NCBI GenBank assembly: GCA_963741305.1
Contig: CAVUHL010000002.1
Coordinates: 56,607-120,606 of the forward strand
Length of the DNA stretch: 64,000 nt
From: an uncultured Holophagales bacterium
GTDB taxonomy: Bacteria > Acidobacteriota > Thermoanaerobaculia > Multivoradales > UBA5704
Direction of reading: 5' to 3'
Shown here: positions 31,395 through 40,411 of the stretch, piece after piece
Position numbering within the stretch: the first letter of the stretch is position 1
How the letters are laid out: the number at the start of each line of letters is the position of its first letter
Translations under genes and position numbers: made by a program
Notes under the pieces: model-generated
What the model saw: the letters and a program-made list of their open reading frames with translations, nothing else
Told to the model about the DNA's origin: nothing
Databases searched by the model: none

Positions 31395-34162
31395 TTGAGC
31401 GCCGCCTGGGAGCAGCATTTCGACGAGCTGGCCGAGCTCGGTGAGGCCGAGCGGGTCCGCCGCCTGACAGATCTCGCGGGCCAGGATCCGGACCTCGCGC
31501 GCTTCCTGGAGGAGCTTCTCGCCGCCGATGCCGGAGAGCACGGCGAGCTGCCCGAAACCCTGGCCGAAAAAGCTCCGGCGCTGGCCGCCCGGGCGCTCAG
31601 CGCGGCGGGGGCGGAGCCCAAGACAACCGGGCCGGCGAGCGGATCGGCAACTACCGTCTGCTCTCCCTCCTCGGCCGCGGCGGCATGGGCGAGGTCTGGC
31701 TCGCCGAGCGGGCCGACGGCGAGTTCGACAGCCGCGTCGCCCTCAAGCTGGTGCGGGCCGAGTTGGAATCGGAAGCGATTCTCTCGGGCTTTCTGCGGGA
31801 ACGCCGCATCCTGGCGCGCCTCGCCCACCCCGGAATCGCCCGCCTCCTCGACGGCGGCCGGAGCCGCACCGGCGAGCCCTACTTCGTCCTCGAACATGTG
31901 GATGGCACGCCGATCACCGAGTGGTGCATCGACCGCGGCCTCTCGCTGGATGAGCGGCTGCGTTTGATGATCGAAGTCTGCGAGGCGGTCGATCACGCCC
32001 ACCGGAGCCTGGTGGTACACCGGGACCTCAAGCCCTCGAACGTCCTCGTCGACAGCTCCGGACGCCCCAAACTCCTCGATTTCGGCATCGCCAAGCTCCT
32101 GTCGCCGGAGCCCGGGGACGCCAACCTGCTGGAGAGCGCCGCGAGTCGCCTCGGCGGCGCGCGAGCCTTCACTCCGGGCTATGCCTCTCCCGAGCAGATC
32201 CGCGGCGAGCCGGTCACCACGGCCACGGACATCTATGCGCTGGGCGTGCTGCTCTATGAGCTGCTGACCGGAGAAAAACCTTTTCCACGCGCCTCCCGGT
32301 CGCTGCCGGGCTTGATGAAGGAAATCTCCACCGAGACCCTGGAGGCTCCCTCGGAACGGCTGCGGCGGCCGAAGACCGGAGATCCGGCCGGGGTTGAGCG
32401 GCCCGGGGGCGGCCGGCGCGGCTGAGCAAGGACCTCGACGCGATCACCGCCAAGGCCCTCGCCCGCGAGCCCGAGCAGCGCTATCCGAGCGCGGCGGCGC
32501 TCGCCGAAGACCTGCGGCGCGTCCTCGACCACCGGCCCGTGCGGGCGCGGCCGGCCACCGCGAGGTACCGCGCCGGCCGCTTCGTGGTGCGCCACCGGCT
32601 GGCGGCCCTCGCGGCAGCGCTCGCCGTGGTCTCGCTCCTGGGGGGCCTCACCGCCGCTCTCTGGCAGGCGCGCGTGGCGCAGGTCGAAGCCCAGCGGGCC
32701 GAGCGGGCACGCGGCTTCCTGGTGGAGATGTTCGAGTCCCTGGACCCCGTGCAGGCCCGCAGCCAGGCCGTGACGCCCGCCAAGCTGCTCGCCGCCGGCG
32801 TCCGCCGCGCCGACCGAGAGCTGGAGGACGAGCCGGCGTTCCAGGCCGAGATGCTCGACCTGCTAGCCAGCCTCCACCGCAAGCTTGGCCTGCTGCCCGA
32901 GGGGCGCGTCCTCGCCGAGCGTTCGCTGACCCTGCGCCGCCGGCTGTTCGGTGAGTCGTCCGCCGAGGCGGCGCAGAGCCTCGTCACGCTCGGCTGGATC
33001 CGGCTCAACCAGGGTGAGCCCGTGGCGGCCCGCGCCCTGCTCGAACGCGCCGTCGCCGACCTCGAACGCACCGAGGGCCGCGACAGCCTGGTTGTCGCCG
33101 ACGCCCGCGAGCCGCTGCTGGAGGCCATGTTCTTCAGCGGGGACGGGGAGGCGATCCTGCCGCTTCTCGAGCACCGGCTGGCGACCTACCGCCGCATCCT
33201 CGGCGACGCCCACGAGAAGACCGGCATGGCCTGGAGCGACCGCGGCGTGCTGCTGGACCAGCTCGGCCGCATGAGCGAAGCCGAGGCGGACTACCGCAAA
33301 GCCCTCGCTGTGCTCCAGGCCCGCCTGCCGGCCGACGATCCCCGGCTGGCCTACCCCCACCACAACCTCGGCAGCCTGCTGCTCGGCCGCGGGCGCACGG
33401 ACGAGGCCGAGCGGGAGCTGAGGACGGCCTATGAGTTACGGCGGCGCGCCCTTGGTGATCGCCATCCCGAAACCGCGATGAACCTGCTGCTCCTTTCCAA
33501 GGCGCTGGTCGATAAAAGACAGTACAAGGAGGCGGAGGCCGCCGCCCGCAAGGTCGGCGAGATCCTTACGGACAAGGACCGTTTCGGGGCCGGCAACTCT
33601 CGGATCACCCTCGCCCAGATCCTGCTCTACCAGGAGCGCCACGCCGAAGCCATCGCCATGTTCGATCGGGGTATCGCCGAGTTGGAACCGCTCGTGGGCC
33701 CCCGCCACTCCCTCATTCTCGGCGCGCGTGCCTTTCGCGCTGAGACCTTGCTCGCCATGGGCCGCAGAAAGGAGGGCCTCGCCGGGTGGCGGAGCGTCAT
33801 CGACGCTCTTCGAGACGCTCGGCGAGGCCGGCGACGAGCTGCGCGCAGAGCTGCTCTTCAAGCTTGCCACCGAGATTCGCGAAGATGGAGGGGCCGCCGA
33901 GGCCCTCGCGATGCACCGGCAAAGCCGGCAGCTCGTCGTGCGGAGCTACGGGGAAGAGCACTACCGGGTCGCCCTGATCGACTTCCAGATTGCCATCGAC
34001 ATCCTCCGCGATCCGGCCTCGGGAGATGAGACGACACGCCGGGCCAAGACCGTGGCCCTGGTTACCCAGGCCCGCGACCGGCTGCGCCGCGTCGACCCGA
34101 CCAATACCGGCCTGGCCTATATCGAGCACCGGCTCGCCGAAATCCAGCAGCAAAAAGAATGA
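31395..34162 (+). CDS. Ser/Thr protein kinase with C-terminal TPR repeats, frame broken several times
   Basis: ORF 31685..32425 holds the kinase core (VALKLV; HRDLKPSNVLV; DFGIAK; SPEQ). ORFs 32539..34029 and 33728..34162 hold TPR-like repeats. The N-terminal piece starts at TTG 31395. Confidence 0.75.
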
Positions 34163-34214
34163 GGCCGGCCCGCCATCAAAGCGAACCGGCCTCTTTCAGG
34201 ATCAGATCCAGAGC

Positions 34215-34421
34215 TTACAGCTTGACGACGTTCTCGGCCGCCGGGCCCTTCTGGCCCTGGACGATGTCGAACTCGACGCGCTCGCCCTCGGCCAGGTTCT
34301 TGATTCCCTCGCCGCGGATCGCCGAGTGATGGACGAAGCAGTCCTTCTCTCCATCCTCCGGAGTGATGAACCCAAAGCCCTTCGACTCGTTGAACCACTT
34401 GACAGTACCTTTAGTACGCAT
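34215..34421 (-). CDS. cspA: cold-shock protein
   Basis: 68-aa ORF: [15 protein letters not shown] (RNP1) and CFVHHSAI (RNP2). Confidence 0.9.
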   Translation of the reverse strand: MRTKGTVKWFNESKGFGFITPEDGEKDCFVHHSAIRGEGIKNLAEGERVEFDIVQGQKGPAAENVVKL

Positions 34422-34872
34422 CTTTCACCTGCTCCTTGTAGTCTGAGCCGGTGAAAACCGTACCCATCTACTTTTGTAATCGTGAGACGACCCTCACGGG
34501 GGTGCTATACCGAGTGAACCGAACTTTCAGTTCGCGGCATCAGTGTAACAGGCTGGTGGGATCTCCTATTCCCGAGGTTGAACGGCGCCTCAAAAAACCC
34601 TCAGCACCCCGGCCTCCCGGCACCCTTTATCTGCCCTATATCTTCTTCGCAGATACGAGAGTTGCCTTCGTTGACCGTAACCGGCAAACGGGGTACGCTC
34701 TTCCGAGAACCTGGAGGATTTCGAGCATGGGTGCGTTTGCTGCTCTCAGCGAGTCAGAGCGTCACGACAATCGAAAAATCCCTGTGGCCGGGTGGAGAAG
34801 GCGTAGTGGAGGTATTCCTGAAGGGATTGGGCTAGGAGTTCGAGATCCGCCTGTGCTTCAATACAGGGTATC

Positions 34873-35475
34873 ATGAGAAACCGAATCGCTACCGCGCTCT
34901 GCCTTACCGTCCTTGGGCTCTTCCTGTGCCTGCCGGCCGCCGTGGCGCAACTGCCCGCCTCCGCAGGCGCGCCGAAAGTCGGCGAGAAGGCTCCCGACTT
35001 CACCCTGGAGGATTCCCAGGGCAAGCCGGTGCAGCTCTCCAGCCTCCTGAAGTCGAAGCCTGAAGGCGCCGGCTCTTCCTCCTGGGTGGTGCTCATCTTC
35101 TATCGCGGCTACTGGTGACTGTTCTGCAACTCCGAGTTGCGGAGCTTCCAGCAGCAGCTTCCCGAGTTCACGAAGCGCGGCATCAAGGTGGTCGCCATCA
35201 GCGTGGACCCGCCGGCCACCACCCGCCAGCACCTCACCAAGACCGGCTGGACCTACACCTTCCTCAGCGACCCTGAGGCAAAGGTTCTCAAACAGTACGA
35301 CCTCGTCCACTCCATCGGGGAGAACCAGGTGATCGCCCGGCCCGCGGAGTTCCTGGTCGACCCCACCGGCACGGTGCGTTGGCGGGACCTGACGGAGGAC
35401 TTGCGGGTCCGCATCCGCCCGGAGACGGTGCTGGAGGTCTTCGACCACCTTGCCGGTGGGGCTCCCGCGCCCTGA
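34873..35475 (+). CDS. periplasmic peroxiredoxin-like/thioredoxin-fold protein with in-frame UGA at the redox Cys position (candidate selenoprotein, UxxC)
   Basis: ORFs 34873..35118 and 35137..35475 are in the same frame, separated only by TGA 35116-35118. The joined sequence reads VVLIFYRGYW-U-LFCNSELRSFQQQLPEFTKRGIKVVAISVD, the WCxxC redoxin motif with U replacing the first Cys. Confidence 0.6.
35124..35142 (+). promoter_or_regulatory. candidate SECIS-like hairpin
   Basis: CTGCAACT-CCG-AGTTGCGG forms an 8-bp stem (one G-U pair) starting 6 nt after the UGA. I could not verify its loop features against the bacterial SECIS model. Confidence 0.3.
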
Positions 35476-35563
35476 CCGGGCGGCCGAGCCCCCTCCCAAG
35501 GGCCCACCCGGCGCAAACGACGCTTGCGCCGAGGGTCCCTTCTGTGCTGCAATCCGCAGTGCA

Positions 35564-35983
35564 ATGACACGCGAGGACTTTGAGCAACTCAAGCGAAGGC
35601 TGGACGATCAGCTCGAAGCCGGCATCGCGCTGCTGCGGGAGTCCCACCGTTCCCAGGTGCGGGCCCTGGAGTTGCTCCGGCTGGCCTCGGACGATGGTCC
35701 GCTCCCCCTGGAATCCAGCCAGTCGGCCGCTCCGGCCATGGCGATCTCCGCTCCCGCCGAGAAGAGCACCCGGGAGTTGCCGCCGCCCGATCCCGCCGAG
35801 GGGGTAGGGATGCGGGAGTGGAAGGTGCGCAAGGCCCTCGAAGCCTACGCGCGCGGCGAAGGCTCGCTCGCCCAGGCAGCTCAACAGGCCGGCGTTCCTC
35901 TCCACGAGATGATCCCGCTCGCCTACGCGCACGGTTTCACCCCCAAAGTGGAGACCATGGAAACCAGCCACTCCGGACGGTAG
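35564..35983 (+). CDS. hypothetical protein with UPF0175-like C-terminal segment
   Basis: The internal ATG 35564 of ORF 35450..35983 gives MTREDFEQLKRRL. The C-terminal EWKVRKALEAYARGEGSLAQAAQQAGVPLHEMIPL resembles small antitoxin-like UPF0175 proteins. Confidence 0.35.
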   Translation: MTREDFEQLKRRLDDQLEAGIALLRESHRSQVRALELLRLASDDGPLPLESSQSAAPAMAISAPAEKSTRELPPPDPAEGVGMREWKVRKALEAYARGEGSLAQAAQQAGVPLHEMIPLAYAHGFTPKVETMETSHSGR

Positions 35984-36083
35984 CCGAAGGCTCCCGGTTC
36001 GTCCCTGGGACCCCGGACCGACTATGGTACAGTACCCACCGCCCAGGCGCTGGAACCCAACCCGCGTCTGTCGTTCCTTCAAC

Positions 36084-36159
36084 GTCCCCATCGTCTAGTG
36101 GACTAGGACTCTGCCCTTTCAAGGCAGCAACACGGGTTCGAATCCCGTTGGGGATACCA
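36084..36159 (+). tRNA. tRNA-Glu (anticodon UUC)
   Basis: GTCCCCATCGTCTAGTGGACTAGGACTCTGCCCTTTCAAGGCAGCAACACGGGTTCGAATCCCGTTGGGGATACCA shows a cloverleaf with anticodon loop CTTTCAA, a TTCGAAT T-loop and an encoded CCA. It closely resembles canonical bacterial tRNA-Glu. Confidence 0.9.
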
Positions 36160-36557
36160 ATAGAATCAACGACTTACGTCTCTAGCACGAGCCGTCAAAG
36201 CCCGGCGCACCGAATACGCACCAAATACCGTGTGCGTGCGAGCCCGCGTCCAAGGCCTTGGGGCTCAATGGGGCTCCACCGGTTGGTGGCAGCGGCGCGT
36301 AAGTTCATTCAGGTAAGCCAGCGGAGGAGTTGGGGGTAGTCCAGGCGGTCCGCCCGGGAATTGGCCCTGGGCGGTCGGGAGAGCAACCCCTCTTCCCCGC
36401 GGATGAAGGACGAGCGCGGGTAAGTCGGCGGACAGCGAGTCCCAGTCCGGTCAAAACGAGCCTCCAACCAACGGCGTAAACTACGTAACCGCAGAGGTTT
36501 ACGGGTAATATCTACTACCTCTGCCGTTGGCTTTTTGGACAAAGTTGAGGCTCATTA

Positions 36558-36590
36558 TCCCCCAAATGTCCCCCGATTGTCCCCCGATCA
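36558..36590. repeat. three tandem 11-bp direct repeats (iteron-like)
   Basis: TCCCCCAAATG / TCCCCCGATTG / TCCCCCGATCA, 36 nt beyond the XRE gene stop. They share the octamer TCCCCCGA with the CRISPR repeat core. Confidence 0.5.
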
Positions 36591-36625
36591 TTAGGCGTTA
36601 GGGCGCGTCACCTGCCGGACCGCTC

Positions 36626-36982
36626 TCATGGCCTGCTCGAGCTGCTCAATCGGCTCTCCGTCTCGATCTGGCGCTTCTCGACGCGGCGGATCGCCTCCCA
36701 GAGCGACTCGATCACCTCGTCGGAAGGCCCCCGAGCTGCCATGGGCTGCGGCGCAACGGCACCCAAGGCGCCCGCCAGATCCGCCACGGTGGCCCCGTAA
36801 CCCCTAAGCACTTGGCCGAGGTTCCCTAGTGTGGGGCGGGTGCTCTCGTTCTCCCAGCGCGACAGTTGCCCCTTGTCCATCGTCAGGGCCTTGGCCGCTT
36901 CGGTCTGCGTGAAGAAGCCGGCCCGCTCTCGCAGACGAGCCAGCGCCTTGACTGCTTGCGACACTGCCGATCCACCAAACAA
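36626..36982 (-). CDS. XRE-family helix-turn-helix transcriptional regulator
   Basis: 118-aa ORF (TTG start) with the HTH pattern FTQTEAAKALTMDKGQLSRWENE. The start codon is 21 nt from the trailer-end repeat of array 1, on the same strand. Confidence 0.7.
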   Translation of the reverse strand: MFGGSAVSQAVKALARLRERAGFFTQTEAAKALTMDKGQLSRWENESTRPTLGNLGQVLRGYGATVADLAGALGAVAPQPMAARGPSDEVIESLWEAIRRVEKRQIETESRLSSSSRP

Positions 36983-37003
36983 GTAACTGAACGCCGGCAG
37001 AAT

Positions 37004-39001
37004 GTCTCAATCCCCCGAAGGGTCCTGACTGCTTTGCGACTCAGCAAACAGAACGAGACGCTTCTCACCGAGAATCAGATGTCTCAATCCCCCGAAGGGT
37101 CCTGACTGCTTTGCGACGTCCGAATGACCGGCGCAAACACCGGTTCGGCTGGTATGTCTCAATCCCCCGAAGGGTCCTGACTGCTTTGCGGCTGAAGAGA
37201 AACAGAGTGTCTCTGCTGCTCGCAATCGTGTCTCAATCCCCCGAAGGGTCCTGACTGCTTTGCGACAGCACGAGACCCAGGAGGCATGGCGAGCCGGAGC
37301 GAAACGTCTCAATCCCCCGAAGGGTCCTGACAGCTTTGCGACCTCTTCCTAAAGAGGTTTGAGGCGGCGTCAAAACGGTTGTCTCAATCCCCCGAAGGGT
37401 CCTGACTGCTTTGCGACGCAGACAATCCACTCGGTCATACCTGGCATATACCGAGGTCTCAATCCCCCGAAGGGTCCTGACTGCTTTGCGACGGCAAGAC
37501 GACCTGATGTCCGCCGCCGCGGCTCCCGGTCTCAATCCCCCGAAGGGTCCTGACTGCTTTGCGACGAGGAAAACCATGAATAGTATTGGCGGTAAAATCG
37601 ATATGTCTCAATCCCCCGAAGGGTCCTGACTGCTTTGCGACGTTATTCCTTCCGGCGCGCAAACTACTCCGGACCTTCCAAGTCTCAATCCCCCGAAGGG
37701 TCCTGACTGCTTTGCGACCGGGATCGCCACTTCGCTCATCTATGACTGCCCCAAGATGTCTCAATCCCCCGAAGGGTCCTGACTGCTTTGCGACCAAACT
37801 CTTTAAGGCACGTTCCCACGGAGTTCCTCGAGTCTCAATCCCCCGAAGGGTCCTGACTGCTTTGCGACCTTCCAAAAGGAGCAGCGCTACGAGGAGAAGC
37901 GGGAAGCTGTCTCAATCCCCCGAAGGGTCCTGACTGCTTTGCGACCCAGGAGCCCGCGCCCGGTTGGGGGAGGCCGTTGAGGTCTCAATCCCCCGAAGGG
38001 TCCTGACTGCTTTGCGACGCGAGAGGCCCTTCCGGCCTGAGAGGGCCAGCCGCTTCGTCTCAATCCCCCGAAGGGTCCTGACTGCTTTGCGACAAATAAC
38101 AACGGCTTCCCTGAGAGTAGTATGGTGGGAATTGTCTCAATCCCCCGAAGGGTCCTGACTGCTTTGCGACGGCGGCCGTACAGGCCGCCCTTCTATACAA
38201 CGAGGTCGTGTCTCAATCCCCCGAAGGGTCCTGACTGCTTTGCGACGAGAAGAGAATGAATTCCAGGCAGCCGCTTATGAAGGTCTCAATCCCCCGAAGG
38301 GTCCTGACTGCTTTGCGACGCCGAGAAAGGCATGGTTTGACGGGTTGGAAGATGATGTCTCAATCCCCCGAAGGGTCCTGACTGCTTTGCGACCCGTCTC
38401 GGTTCTTTGTCTACAATAATCTCAATAAATAAGGTCTCAATCCCCCGAAGGGTCCTGACTGCTTTGCGACCTACACCATCCCAAGGACGGGTAGGCGGGT
38501 AGGATGAATGTCTCAATCCCCCGAAGGGTCCTGACTGCTTTGCGACGGCGAGCGGCTCGTCTCCAAAGCGAAGGCAACATTCCAGGGATGTCTCAATCCC
38601 CCGAAGGGTCCTGACTGCTTTGCGACCAACTCGGAGCGCCTACCCCAAGGGCCTTACACCAGAGATGTCTCAATCCCCCGAAGGGTCCTGACTGCTTTGC
38701 GACATCGACGGCGAGGCCGTAATGGCCCAGGGCCTCGGCCGTCTCAATCCCCCGAAGGGTCCTGACTGCTTTGCGACAAGAGTCCGCCCAGGTGATTGCC
38801 AACGAAGCGTTCAATAGTCTCAATCCCCCGAAGGGTCCTGACTGCTTTGCGACGGGGAGCTTCAGCTCCCCGGAGAGGGGCCTGAGATAGTGTCTCAATC
38901 CCCCGAAGGGTCCTGACTGCTTTGCGACCAGCCAGCTCGGCCAGGAAGGCGCGGCTCTCCGCAGGTCTCAATCCCCCGAAGGGTCCTGACTGCTTTGCGA
39001 C
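37004..39001 (-). CRISPR. CRISPR array 1: 27 x 37-nt repeats, 26 spacers (36-43 nt)
   Basis: Plus-strand repeat GTCTCAATCCCCCGAAGGGTCCTGACTGCTTTGCGAC; first copy at 37004, last at 38965-39001. Variant repeats sit at 37156 (..GCGGC) and 37306 (..CTGACAGC..). The minus-strand form ends in ATTGAGAC (type I/III-style 8-nt handle). The conserved leader lies on the high-coordinate side. Confidence 0.97.
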
Positions 39002-39245
39002 TCCTGCCCCTCCAACCCCCTGAAAAGAAAGCACTTAAGACCGCCAATCCGCTAACCTCCCTCCACCTGACTCCCACGACTGCGTTCCGAGGTTTGACCG
39101 CTGAGGCATCTGGAACACCTATCTGCCTCATTCTGTTCATCTTAATCCACTTTCCTCCGCTTCCGCTAACCTCCCCCCATTTTTTGCCTCTTGGGAGGTT
39201 AGCGGCGTCGCCGATGTAGGTGAAGTAAACTAGTTGTCAAGGAAC
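39002..39245 (-). promoter_or_regulatory. CRISPR leader 1 (copy of a triplicated ~240-bp leader module)
   Basis: Alignable with 49871-50110 and 62942-63185. Shared blocks: CCGCTAACCTC (39049-39059 and 39163-39173), its inverted copy (39195-39205) forming a 12-bp hairpin, CGACTGCGTTCCG, and a TTGACA on the minus strand at 39235-39240. Confidence 0.75.
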
Positions 39246-39423
39246 CCGAGGACTGCGGAAAATGACGAGCTCACGCCCGGTGGCTTCACTTCCTTTAACT
39301 TCCTCACTATTACTGACAGAATTTGCTCCTATCCTTCCGCACCCAGTCTTGACGTTTGATTATGCGGCAGACCACCCGCATTAGGGAAGACACCATCCGC
39401 GGCAGTTTGGTCAGGGCCGGCCG

Positions 39424-40408
39424 CTAGCCGCACCAAGCGTAAAACGCCGACGCCTGACCTGTCATCACCATCTCCTTGACGGCATCAACCTGACTCCGAA
39501 GCCTCTCCCGCCAGATGGGCGTGCCCGTGCCCTCGCTCTCTGTGCGGAGTTGCTCCTCGTAGAGCGACAGGTAGCGCTTCAACGCCTCAGTGCTCAGTCT
39601 GAGCCCGGTCTCCCCGCCTTCGAAGTCCTCCGGCGCCAGTTGACGGAGGTTCAAGAGGCGGAGTGTCAGCCGGTCGATCATCGGCTGGCGAAAAACCTCG
39701 ACGACATCCAGCGCGAGGGAGCTGCGGCCATAGCGCAGACCGTGCAGAAAGCCTACCGCCGGATCGAATCCCCGCGCTTCCAGCAGGGCCCCGATCTCGT
39801 TGCCAAGGAGCACGTAGCCGAGGCTGAGGAGGGAATTCGCCGGGTCTGTCGAGGGATGCTTCTTCCGGCCGGGAAAGGGCACGCTCTTCAGCATCCGGCC
39901 GAACTGCCGGTAGTAGACCGCGGCAGCGGCACCTTCCATCCCCTGCGCGACCTCGACAGATTCCGCAGTGGCGACCTTCTCAATCAGCTCCCGAATCCGC
40001 GCCGGTGAATCCTCTTCCAAGATCCCCGGATGGTTTCGCTGGTGACGCGCCAGGAGGCGTTGTTGAGCGGTGAGCTTGGCGCTGATGACGCTCCGGCTGA
40101 AGGCGAGCCGAAACTCCGGGTCCCGCCAGCGGTCAAACTGTGCGAGACGGAGAAACACGTTCCGGGACTGGCCGGCCACCAACGAACCCCGCAGCCGGCC
40201 CCGCGAGGTCAGGAAGGAAACATCGATCCCCTGATCCAGAAGAAGCGCCAAAGCCTGGCTCGAAGAATTGGACCGAGCCCAGCACGACGAGCCGTTCCAG
40301 ATCGAAGAGCCGGAGGTCGCCGGCCTTCGTGTCTCCCTGCCAGATCTCCAACCGCTCTCCCTTGCGGCGGACCTGGGTGCCCGGTGTCATCAGGTAAACT
40401 ACGCTCAC
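39424..40408 (-). CDS. cas1: CRISPR-associated endonuclease Cas1, frame broken once
   Basis: ORF 40133..40408 (MSVVYLMTPGTQVRRKGERLEIW...) continues in ORF 39424..40251 (LLLDQGIDVSFLTSRGRLRG...NSLLSLGYVLLGNEIGALLEARGFDPAVGFLHGLRYGRSSLALDVVEVFRQPMIDR). The frame switch is near 40260. Confidence 0.9.
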
Positions 40409-40411
40409 TGC

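Noticed and set aside
34422-34872. A long cspA 5'-UTR thermosensor or cold-box in the 450-bp cspA / redoxin divergent intergenic region.
   Set aside because: It is plausible by analogy, but I could not identify a conserved cold-box sequence or a convincing alternative-structure pair by eye.
36160-36560. ORF 36309..36542 (-) next to tRNA-Glu, considered as an integrase or excisionase remnant marking an integrated island.
   Set aside because: I could find no tyrosine- or serine-recombinase or excisionase motifs in any frame. Only positional suspicion remains.
39235-39240. The minus-strand TTGACA conserved at the outer edge of the leaders, considered as the -35 box of the array promoter.
   Set aside because: No acceptable -10 hexamer follows at 16-18 nt in any of the three leaders. 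At array 2 the hexamer lies inside the last codons of cas6, and in leader 3 it is TTGAAA. The promoter location is left open.
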